Shown here one piece after another: positions 8,940-16,430 of a stretch of DNA of 32,000 nt (position 1 is its first letter; every line of letters begins with the position of its first letter). The notes beneath the pieces are model-generated. The model ran no database searches, was not told the DNA's origin, and was given only the letters and a program-made list of their open reading frames with translations. The position numbers were made by a program, and so were the translations under genes. This DNA comes from an uncultured Chloroflexia bacterium (GTDB taxonomy: Bacteria > Chloroflexota > Ktedonobacteria > Ktedonobacterales > JADMIN01): NCBI GenBank assembly GCA_963718915.1, contig CAVRAI010000004.1, positions 1-32,000 of the forward strand, given 5' to 3'.

Positions 8940-9056
8940 GCGCGACGCTCCTACAGTGGCGGTAGTTGCCATCGCCGTGGCCGTGGCCATGAGTAGTATG
9001 GGTCGGAACCGCACGAGAACGCGAATAGAACTGGAACCGGAACAGGAGCTTCTGAT

Positions 9057-9335
9057 ATGACAATGACTCTCGACCAGATGATTGCGGCGCGGCGTTGTCC
9101 GCGCTGTGGGCATGAGCATACCTTAGAAGCCCAGGACGTGGAGGAGACGCTTACAGTGGGGAGTACCGTGGTGCAGGTGTCTGTGCGCGCGGGCGTGTGT
9201 TCGTACTGTGGCGAGCGCGTCTTCGATCCAGTGGCGACGGGTACGATTGATGCCGTCATCCGCGCGGTGCGTGAGGGCGATACCTCCCATCTCGTCCCCG
9301 TGGGACAGGTCTATCGGGTGTCTGAGCCAGTCTGA
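9057..9335 (+). CDS. YgiT-type zinc-ribbon protein (MqsA N-terminal-domain-like, no HTH domain)
   Basis: 92-aa ORF with CPRCG...(35 aa)...CSYCGE spacing and the pattern ..VQVSVRAGVCSYCGERVFD typical of YgiT-type fingers. AGGAG lies 8 nt upstream. The ATG overlaps the stop of a 23-codon upstream ORF (ATGA). Confidence 0.7.
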   Translation: MTMTLDQMIAARRCPRCGHEHTLEAQDVEETLTVGSTVVQVSVRAGVCSYCGERVFDPVATGTIDAVIRAVREGDTSHLVPVGQVYRVSEPV

Positions 9336-9349
9336 GCCAGTCTGAGCCT
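9320..9349. repeat. Tandem decamer GTCTGAGCCA x3 (last copy ends in T)
   Basis: Read directly at 9320-9329, 9330-9339 and 9340-9349. The stop codon of the zinc-ribbon ORF (9333-9335) lies inside the second unit. Confidence 0.9.
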
Positions 9350-9393
9350 GTATTTTGGCTTCTTCCGGCATCTCCTGGCAAGCCGTGATGAGC

Positions 9394-9469
9394 GTGTGAC
9401 GGGGGATGTGGCGCACAGGGATCCCCAGCGGCGTCTGTTGTGGCCAATATCTCAGGTTGGCCACAACTG
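9394..9469. repeat. Second copy of the 38-nt module followed by a minimal two-box hairpin (CTGTTGTGGCCAA-9 nt-TTGGCCACAACTG)
   Basis: 9394-9431 is identical to 8826-8863. The box pair lies at 9435-9447 and 9457-9469. Confidence 0.85.
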
Positions 9470-9546
9470 GAGCATCTCCGCTGGGGTGGCTGCCTGCGGA
9501 ATGTGGACAGGTGGCGAGACCGCTGGCATCAAAGGAATCAACGGCG

Positions 9547-9953
9547 CCAAAGGCGATCACTCTCTGAGGATGATCGTCTTTGAGCGTATTGATCGCCTTT
9601 GATGGGCTGTCCTCTCCCCCGCGCTTGACCACCTCCCGCCCTGCCGCGCTCGGTGTGGTTCAATCCAGCAGCCACCATGCCCGGCCTGTGGACGAGCGCC
9701 GCCACCGCCAGCGCGCCAGCGGATACAGCGGCTACATTCGACATCGCCCTGCTCGATAGCGAGGAGGACGACGAGGGTGACGAGGAGGAAGAGGCCGGAG
9801 GCGACTAAATCCCACGCCACTAGCGCATATTCTGGTTCCCCCTCCCCAAAAAGGGAGGGGGAGAGAGCCACCACGCACGAAGACGATCATCCTCATCAAA
9901 GGCAATCATCCTCAGAGAGTGACTGCCTTCGGTAAACGTTGATCGCCTTTGGT
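9547..9953. repeat. Inverted-repeat pair (9547-9604 vs 9880-9953) enclosing ~275 bp
   Basis: TGAGGATGATCGTCTT (9565-9580) has its exact reverse complement at 9880-9895. TCACTCTCTGAGGATGAT and AAAGGCGATCA/GCCTTTGATG modules are shared in inverted orientation. Confidence 0.75.
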
Positions 9954-9962
9954 GAAGATGAG

Positions 9963-10035
9963 CAATTATGGCCAACATCATCAGTTATGGCCAACCTGGG
10001 ATATTGGCCACTACTGCGTGTGTTGGCCAAAACTG
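9963..10035. repeat. Inverted copy of the 73-bp four-box nested palindrome
   Basis: Boxes lie at 9963-9975, 9982-9994, 10004-10016 and 10023-10035. The central loop CCTGGGATA is the reverse complement of the left-copy loop TATCCCAGG. Confidence 0.85.
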
Positions 10036-10068
10036 TGACAAAACCACCGTCAAAAGCCGACAATTGCC

Positions 10069-11941
10069 CTACTCGACGGTGACGGACTTCGCCAGGTTGC
10101 GCGGCTGATCGATGTCGCAGCCGCGGCGGGTGGCGACGTGATACGCCAGCACCTGTAGCGGGATGACCGCCAGCAGCGGCTCGAACGTTTCAGGAGCGAC
10201 CGGAACCATCATGACATCGTTGGCATGACGGCTAATCTCCCGGTCGCCATCGGTGGCGACGGCGATGACCGGCGCGCCACGCGCCAGCACCTCCTCGACA
10301 TTCGAGATTACCTTCTCATACGTGCGCCCCGCCGTCGCAATCGCGATCAGCGGCGTCTGTGGATCGAGCAGCGCGATAGGCCCGTGCTTCAACTCGCCCG
10401 CCGCGTACGCCTCGGCATGCACATACGAGAGTTCTTTGAGCTTGAGCGCGCCTTCCAGCGCAACGACGCAGGCAGGCCCGCGTCCGATAAACAGGACAAC
10501 TCTGACTCGCCGCCAGCCGCGCGGCAATCGCTTCCAGCGGCCCCTCGGCGCCATCGGGCAGCACATACCGCGCGATGACATCCTCCATCTGGTCGGGAAT
10601 CGCCTGGAGCGCCGCCAGCTCCGCCCGCAGCTCAACCTCGTGCAGCGCGCCGAAGCGCTGGCCGAGCCAGAGACCCGCCATGTACAGCACGGTGGTCGTC
10701 GTCACGAACGTCTTGGTCGCCGTGACGCTGATCTCCGGCCCCGCCTGAAGGTAGAGCACCGCATCGGCGACGCGGGTAATCGCGCTGCCGACGACGTTGG
10801 TGACGGCGACGATAGGCGCGCCGTGCTCCCGCGCCAGCCGTGTTGCGGCGAGTGTATCAGCCGTCTCGCCCGACTGCGCCACCGCGATCACCAGCGTATC
10901 CGGCCCGACAATCGGGTCGGCGTAACGATACTCCGAGGCGACGCATACCTCGACCGGCAGACGCGCCCAGCGCTCGATGGCGTACTTCGCCAGCAGCGCC
11001 GCATGCACCGAGCTACCGCAGCCCAGCAGCGTGATGCGCCGGATGCCATCCAGCGCGCCCGAGGCCGCCAGATGATCCAGCGCGTCTAGCTTCAGCGAGA
11101 GCTTGCCGCCGTCATCCAGCACGCGCCCAAGCAGCGCGCGCCGCAGCGATTGCGGCTGTTCGACGATTTCCTTGACGTAGAAGAAGCGATGGCCGCCCTT
11201 CTCCGCCGACTCGGGATCCCAGTCAACGTGCATGGGTTCGCGCGTGATTGGCTCGCCCGCCAGATTGGTGATGACGACCTCATGCTGGCCGACATCGGCG
11301 ACCTCGCCTTCCTCCAGCACGATGATCTCGCGCGTGTGGCGCAGAATGGCGGGGATATCGGAGGCGATGAAGTTTTCATCCTCGCCTAGCCCGACAATCA
11401 ACGGCCCATTCAGCCGCGCGCCCGCGATATGGCCCGGAAAGCGCCGCGAGACGACCGCGATGGCGTACGAGCCGGTAATGCGCGCCAGGGTATTGCGCAC
11501 CGCCTCGCCGAGCGAGGTTGCCGCTGGCAGCAGGTCTTCGAGCAGGTGGGCCAATACCTCGGTATCAGTCTCCGAGCGGAAGACATGGCCGCGCGCGATC
11601 AGCTCGTCGCGTAGCTCGGCGTAGTTCTCGATGATGCCGTTATGCACCACCGTCACTTCGCCCGTGCAATCGCTATGGGGATGGGCGTTGTCGTCGTTGG
11701 GGCGTCCGTGGGTCGCCCAGCGGGTATGGCCGATGCCAACCGAGCCAGCTGGCTCAATGGTCGCGACGGCGCTCCGCAGATTTTCGAGCTTCCCGGCCGC
11801 TTTGCGTACGTTCAACTCGCCGGTCTCGGAGAGCACAGCGATGCCCGCCGAATCGTAGCCACGATACTCTAACCGACGAAGACCTTCTAGCAGAATAGGG
11901 GTTGCGTTCCTGGCTCCTGTGTATCCAACAATGCCGCACAT
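10069..11941 (-). CDS. glmS: Glutamine--fructose-6-phosphate aminotransferase (isomerising); frame disrupted near nt 10500
   Basis: Starts MCGIVGYTGARNATPILLEGLRRLEYRGYDSAGIAV (Cys2 nucleophile). SIS-domain sequence follows. The C-terminal part continues in ORF 10069..10635 (VVLFIGRGPACVVALEGALKLKELSYVHAEAYAAGELKHGPIALL...NLAKSVTVE). Confidence 0.95.
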
Positions 11942-11969
11942 GGAGGGCATAGTCCTTCCGCAAACCGCC

Positions 11970-12140
11970 ACTGACCGCGTCTTATCCCGGCAGTCGCCCG
12001 CCGTATTTCCCCGCGATCTTGATTAGGGTGGTGGTGTCGCCCACCCTGGAGGCTCCCCGCTGACTGATCCGAACGGCCTCCACCTCGTCAACTGGAACCC
12101 CTCCTGCGTCCCAGCCCATGCGCTATTCATCCGCGCCAAT
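11970..12140 (-). ncRNA. glmS ribozyme-like 5' leader
   Basis: The minus strand upstream of glmS reads ..AAUAGCGCAUGGGCUGGGACGCAGGAGGGGUUCCAGUUGACGAGGUGGAGGCCGUUCGGAUCAGUCAGCGGGGAGCCUCCAGGGUGGGCGACACCACCACCCUAA.. This matches the core as I recall it: AGCGC cleavage-site region, GUUGACGAGGUGGAG, and GG.GCCUCC closing the pseudoknot helix. A GAUCGCG..CGCGGUC peripheral helix follows. Boundaries are approximate. Confidence 0.65.
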
Positions 12141-12382
12141 AACACGGCAGACACATATCCGCCGCTCCCAGTGTAACATGACCGCGCCAGATTGCGCATG
12201 GTTATAGGACACACCCGCGCAAATCTGCGCTCTATCTATACCTTCGGTGTCATTTCCGACACGCCGCCGCTTCCAACATGTCTCCAATGTAATTGTGGCA
12301 AGCTCTCTCTACGTGTGTTTGTGAGAGATCAACGAACCGATTCCATAGAGATGTTTGAGATATATTCGAGGAGCGATAAACC

Positions 12383-13096
12383 ATGCGAGAAACCCTGATG
12401 CGCCCGCGCGCCATTGCTGTGGGCCTTGCCGCCATCGCGGCGGTAGTGATCGTCGTCGCCATCGTCGCGTCGATCTATATCTTTGGCGCTGGTGGCGCGA
12501 AAACGAGCACCGCCAACGGGACAGTTACCGTGCCGACACTCGCGCCGACCGACGGCGCCACCCTTTTTACCATAGATGGTTCATCGTCGAAGGCTACGTT
12601 TACCATTGACGAAGTGCTCTTTGGCAAGCCAAACACCGTCGTCGGCGCGACCAACCAGGTCGCGGGCCAGCTTCTCATCAATGCGCAGGATCCGTCGAAG
12701 AGCCAGCTTGGCGAGATCAAGATTGATGTGAGCACGCTGGTCACCGATAACGACCTGCGCAACCGCACGCTTCAGGGGCGCATCCTGGAGACCGATACGC
12801 CCGCCAACCAGTATGCCACCTTCGTCGCCAAATCGATCACCGGCCTGCCAGCGAGCATCGCGGTGGGGCAGCAGGTCTCCTTCAAGATTACCGGCGACCT
12901 GATGATCCACCAGGTGACGAAGACGGTGACCTTCGATGCGAAGGTGACGGTGGTGAGCGACAAGCAGATTACCGGCACGGCCTCGACCACCGTGAAGTAT
13001 AGCGACTTCGGCATCTCGATTCCCGATGTGCCATCCGTCAGCAGCGTTGGCGATTCCGTCAAGCTGGCGCTGGATTTCACGGCCAATGCGTCGTAA
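12383..13096 (+). CDS. YceI-like domain protein with an N-terminal membrane anchor
   Basis: N-terminal TM segment AIAVGLAAIAAVVIVVAIVASIYIF. Then SSSKATFTIDEVLFGKPNTVVGATNQVAGQLLIN..IKIDVSTLVTDNDLRNRTLQGRILETDTPANQYATF, matching the YceI pattern (S.a.F.i.....v.G.......G......v.id..sl.T.n..R). AGGAG RBS. Confidence 0.75.
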   Translation: MRETLMRPRAIAVGLAAIAAVVIVVAIVASIYIFGAGGAKTSTANGTVTVPTLAPTDGATLFTIDGSSSKATFTIDEVLFGKPNTVVGATNQVAGQLLINAQDPSKSQLGEIKIDVSTLVTDNDLRNRTLQGRILETDTPANQYATFVAKSITGLPASIAVGQQVSFKITGDLMIHQVTKTVTFDAKVTVVSDKQITGTASTTVKYSDFGISIPDVPSVSSVGDSVKLALDFTANAS

Positions 13097-13149
13097 GGAT
13101 GATGGGGTATGTGGGCGCGGTAGGAAATAATCGACCTTCGCGGCATGCT

Positions 13150-13439
13150 GTAGTTTTAGAAATAACCCCGTACAGCGTGCTGGGATGTGGCCTGCCGGAG
13201 CCTGCCAGCAAATAGGCCAGAGAGGCGGGAAATTCACCGTAGCGTTTACGCTACGGCCTGCCTCGCCCCACCATGACGCGCGGAGTTCGAGCGTTTCCGT
13301 AATCGTACGCTTGTCGGAGCCTAAAGGCCCCGGCGAATTTCCGCGCCCGACGCGTATGCTCTGCCTATTCACCGTAGCGTTTACGCTATGGCCTGCCTCG
13401 CCCCACCGCACTGCCCGTGTCCGTCGCACATGCTAAAAC
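13150..13439. repeat. Intergenic hairpin-module cluster (R3) bounded by inverted GTTTTAG motifs
   Basis: The left edge is GTAGTTTTAGAAAT (13150-13163). The right edge 13403-13439 is the reverse complement of GTTTTAGCATGTGCGACGGACACGGGCAGTGCGGTGG. Two copies of CACCGTAGCGTTTACGCTA(C/T)GGCCTGCCTCGCCCCACC lie inside. Confidence 0.8.
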
Positions 13440-13725
13440 GCCATCATGCCGCGGCGAATCCCGCTCGTCGCGTATCCTTTCGCCATGTTGTGGCTACGCT
13501 TGCTTCAGCCTGATACCAATGGTGGCCAGGTTGGTGTAATATAGCGGCATGGGACGACGCATCCGCTGGAACCACATGTGGCGGTAGACGAACGCGCGCG
13601 GCGATGCATCGGTATGGATGGTCCCCAGTCTGAACGACGTGTGTGGCGCATCCGCTCGGTTCACGACGATGGCGGGCGCTCTCTCGTTTCACGGTCCGCT
13701 TGAGTAGACGGACCGAGGGGGCAGC

Positions 13726-14733
13726 ATGAGCAGGCGACGTGGCAATTTCTACGCTACTCGAACTGGTATGGTTATCAATCCTAGCCGCGCCTATCCCAGA
13801 ATTGCCGGAGTGGGTGTCGTGTTTCCGCCGTTTAACGTGGCGGCTTATGACGATCTCAAGACTGCGCTGGCGCATGGATCGGTTGATCCAGATACGAAAC
13901 TGATGGTCTTTGAGGTGGGGCAGCAAACGCTGGCGCTCGTCCTAAAGCAGATGACCTATCATCATGTGGCGCAGGGGCAATTGAATGGACATGCCTGGGC
14001 CGCCTTCTTCTGTGTAAGCTGCAATATGGGAACTAGCGCGGCTCCGATAGTCAATGGGCAGGTTCATCGGTTTCGTGTTACAGGCATCTACAACAGCATG
14101 TCCATGATGAGCGATGATAAGACGCGGTCAGTGTGGGAGCATGTCACGGGTGAATGTATACGGGGACGGCTTCAGGGCGCGCAGTTGAACACTCGACCCG
14201 CACAGTATTTGACGGTAGCACAGCTCTTGGAATCTGCTCCAGACGCAAGAATTGCTATCTCGAAAGCGTCATGGCGCTCACGCCTTCTTGATGTTCTCCT
14301 TCTCCGACGCATGTTGGCCTCTACAGGCTACATGCCAGGCATTTTCCGACTTTCGATGACGCAAAGCGACAACCGCTTGCCAGAGTTGGAAATTGGCCTG
14401 GGGATCTGGATTGATGGGCATGCGCGCTTCTATCCAATGAACACCATAAGAGGCCAGAATAATGCGCTGACTGACACCCTCAATCAGCAGCGGATGGTTA
14501 TCTATATCGACCCGACTTCGGGTGCGCCCGCGGCGCATCGCAGTACAGCGCAGATTCAGGGCTGGGATGGTGATACGCTGGCGCTGGACTCTGGGGAGCG
14601 CATTCGCAATGGGTATGTTCTCAATGCAGCCTCTGAAAAACATCCGCTTGACCGCCCCAACCAGCAGTTTACGCGCTGGTACGGCTTCTCCTATATGTTT
14701 CCAGCGTGCGAGGTATTTTCGAGAGATATCTGA
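13726..14733 (+). CDS. DUF3179-like protein (function unknown), in a lower-GC segment
   Basis: Intact 335-aa ORF with a GAGGGGG RBS. Motifs AFFCVSCNMG, GIYNSMSMMSDDKTRSVWEHVTGECIRGRLQG, RFYPMNTI and FTRWYGFSYMFPACEVF fit my recollection of DUF3179. Sampled 60-nt lines give about 50-53% GC, against 60-68% in neighbouring genes. Confidence 0.6.
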   Translation: MSRRRGNFYATRTGMVINPSRAYPRIAGVGVVFPPFNVAAYDDLKTALAHGSVDPDTKLMVFEVGQQTLALVLKQMTYHHVAQGQLNGHAWAAFFCVSCNMGTSAAPIVNGQVHRFRVTGIYNSMSMMSDDKTRSVWEHVTGECIRGRLQGAQLNTRPAQYLTVAQLLESAPDARIAISKASWRSRLLDVLLLRRMLASTGYMPGIFRLSMTQSDNRLPELEIGLGIWIDGHARFYPMNTIRGQNNALTDTLNQQRMVIYIDPTSGAPAAHRSTAQIQGWDGDTLALDSGERIRNGYVLNAASEKHPLDRPNQQFTRWYGFSYMFPACEVFSRDI

Positions 14734-14744
14734 AGATATCTGAG

Positions 14745-14990
14745 CATGCAATTCAACTAGCAGCAGGAGACTGGCAGGCAGCAGACGTTCTGGCCAATGT
14801 GAGTTCGACTCAGAACGAGACCGGTTGACACTCCCCCGGCTAAAGCACGGGGGATGCTCGGTTCGCCCCCGCAGGTAATCCCGCGAGTCCCCGAAGGGCC
14901 TGCCCGGCCCATTGGATGTTGCGCGCCGCGTTCTCATCGCGGTCTAAGACCAGGCCGCAGGACGTGCAGACGTGGGTGCGCACGCTCAGA
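14745..14990 (-). ncRNA. Candidate TnpB guide (omega/right-end) RNA region
   Basis: Assigned by position only. In IS200/IS605 elements the omega RNA derives from the 3' end of tnpB plus the right end. The hairpin GTTCTGAGTCGAACTCACATTGGCCAGAAC (minus strand, about 14785-14815) is present. No covariance evidence is available. Confidence 0.3.
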
Positions 14991-16010
14991 CTCTTGGGCA
15001 CGCGCGCCCCACAGCCGCTACAGTCCTGGCTGGTGTACTGCGCAGGAACCGCGACCACCCGACGCCCGGCGCATGCTGCCTTGGCTTCGAGGATGGCACG
15101 GAATTGCGCCCAGCCGGCATCCCTGATGCTCTTGGCGAGGTGACGGTTCCGTACCATGTTGGCGACCCGCAAATCTTCGAGATAGATCGTGTCGTAGTCT
15201 CTGAGCAGCCTGAGCGCCGTCTTGTGGTGAAAGTCGGTGCGTTGCCGCTTGACCGTCTGATGCGCCCGCTGGAGGTGGCCCACCGCCTTGCGGCGGCGAT
15301 GGCTGCCCTTCTTGCGCTTGGAAACGCGCCGCTGCGGCCTTGGCGAGCCTCTTCTCGCCCCGGCGATAGTGGCGCGGGTTCTCGACCGCCTCGCCATCCG
15401 CCGTGATGAGGAACACTTTCAAGCCGACATCAATGCCCGTCTCGCGTCCGGTGGGTGGGAGTGGCTGGGCTGGCACGTCGGCGCACGAGATGATGGCGTA
15501 CCAGCCATCGGCTTCGTGGGAGATGGTGACGGTTTTGGGCGTGCCTTCGAGGGGGCGGCTCCAGCGGACGGCGATACGGCCAATCTTGGACAGCACAAGG
15601 CAGCCGTTCTCTGGTGATCCCTCCAGCCGCGCACCGTTGCCATACTGCTTGTAGGTGAAGGAGTGGTAGCGGTTGCGCCCTTGGAAGCGCGGGAAGCCAG
15701 GGGTCTTCCCTTCCTGCAGGCGGCGGAAGAATGCCTGATACGTCTTATCAAGCCGGGCGAGCACATCCTGCAAGACCTGGGAGTGGATGGCCGCATAGTC
15801 GGGGAATGCCGCTTTCAGGTCGGGCAACTCGCCTTGCTGCTGATAGCAGGTGAGCGTGACGCCACGCTGCGCATACACGAACTTGTGCTGCTCTAATGCC
15901 GTGTTGTAGAGCATGCGACAGCGCCATAAGGTCAGCTCCAACTGGCGCGCCTGTTCGGGCGTCGGTCGGAGTTTGTACTTGTAGGCTTTGCGAACGCTCT
16001 CATCACTCAC
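14840..16010 (-). CDS. tnpB: IS605 OrfB/TnpB family RNA-guided endonuclease; frame disrupted near nt 15335
   Basis: The N-terminal part reads KAYKYKLRPTPEQARQLELTLWRCRMLYNTALE..GIDVGLKVFLITADGEAVENPRHYR (RuvC-I D). It continues in ORF 14840..15397 with QRRVSKRKKGS..DFHHKTALRLLRDYDTIYLEDL (RuvC-II E), zinc finger CSGCG..CTSCG, and DRDENAARNI (RuvC-III D). Confidence 0.9.
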
Positions 16011-16039
16011 GGCTAGCTCTCTGGCGAACTACTGGCGAA

Positions 16040-16430
16040 CTACTGGCGGCTTTGCGCCTCAATGTAGCGTTGGATGATTTCGCTACTGACGTTTCCGGCG
16101 GTGCTGATGAAGTACGAGCGCGTCCAGAGCGAGGGCATCCGCTTCAGCGCGGGAAACTCTTCGCGGAGGAGTCGCGAGCTACGCCCTTTCATCAGACGCG
16201 GGATGTCGGTTGGCAGCGTGTAGGGGTTGGCGCGAAGGAACAGATGCACATGGTCAGGCTGAATCGCCAGCCGAATCACCTGCCAGTGACGCTCTTCAGC
16301 TACCTCATGGATAATCGTCGCCAGCCGATCATGGATCGGATCCGTTCAGGACTTTGCGCCGTCGCTTGGGACACCAAATGACGTGGTAGACCACCAAGTG
16401 GACGCTGTGATGTTCGTGTTGATAGTCCAT
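16040..16430 (-). CDS. tnpA: IS200/IS605 family Y1 (HUH) transposase; frame disrupted near nt 16340
   Basis: MDYQHEHHSVHLVVYHVIWCPKRRRKVL. After a 1-nt shift it reads IHDRLATIIHEVAEERHWQVIRLAIQPDHVHLFL (HUH motif) ...SLWTRSYFISTAGNVSSEIIQRYIE (catalytic Tyr region). Confidence 0.9.

Noticed and set aside
8734-9063. ORFs of 95-109 aa on both strands crossing the four-box palindrome (8773..9060 +, 8734..9063 -, 8808..9119 -)
   Set aside because: They read straight through the palindromic repeat modules, and the same peptide fragments (e.g. ..GHNW..) arise wherever the repeat occurs. These are repeat-derived ORFs, not genes.
9605-9677. tRNA-like signature: GGTTCAATCC T-loop-like motif followed by GCAGCCACCA, with a possible 6-bp acceptor pairing to GGCTGT 73 nt upstream
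   Set aside because: No D-arm or anticodon-arm pairing can be drawn. The T-stem has mismatches, and conserved positions (U8, A14, G18/G19) are absent. At most it is a degenerate tRNA 3'-end relic, which I cannot support.
9677-9808. 43-codon acidic micro-ORF (…DSEEDDEGDEEEEAGGD)
   Set aside because: No convincing RBS. It overlaps an antisense ORF of similar quality and lies inside a repeat-bounded non-coding block. It is reported as an observation but not as a feature.
8867-10035. Interpretation of the four-box palindromes as bona fide integron attC sites (a cassette array lacking an integrase)
   Set aside because: No integrase is present in the window. The outer boxes (GTTGTGG / CCACAAC) do not fit the GTTRRRY / RYYYAAC core consensus. 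The two full copies are mutually inverted, whereas attC sites in an array share one orientation. It is kept only as a structural analogy to be tested.
13150-13163. GTTTTAGAA motifs (also at 524-532 and 24859-24867), which resemble the start of some CRISPR repeats
   Set aside because: There is no regular repeat-spacer periodicity, the motifs occur singly at cluster edges, and no cas genes are present. This is not a CRISPR array.
13444-13926. 160-aa minus-strand ORF between repeat cluster R3 and the DUF3179-like gene. A shorter frame (13494-13700) also reads ..GTIHTDASPRAFVYRHMWFQRMRRPMPLYYTNLATIGIRLKQA
   Set aside because: The 160-aa ORF overlaps the start of the better-supported plus-strand gene and has no motifs. 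The shorter frame has no plausible start and no recognisable family. It may be a gene remnant, but I cannot support it.
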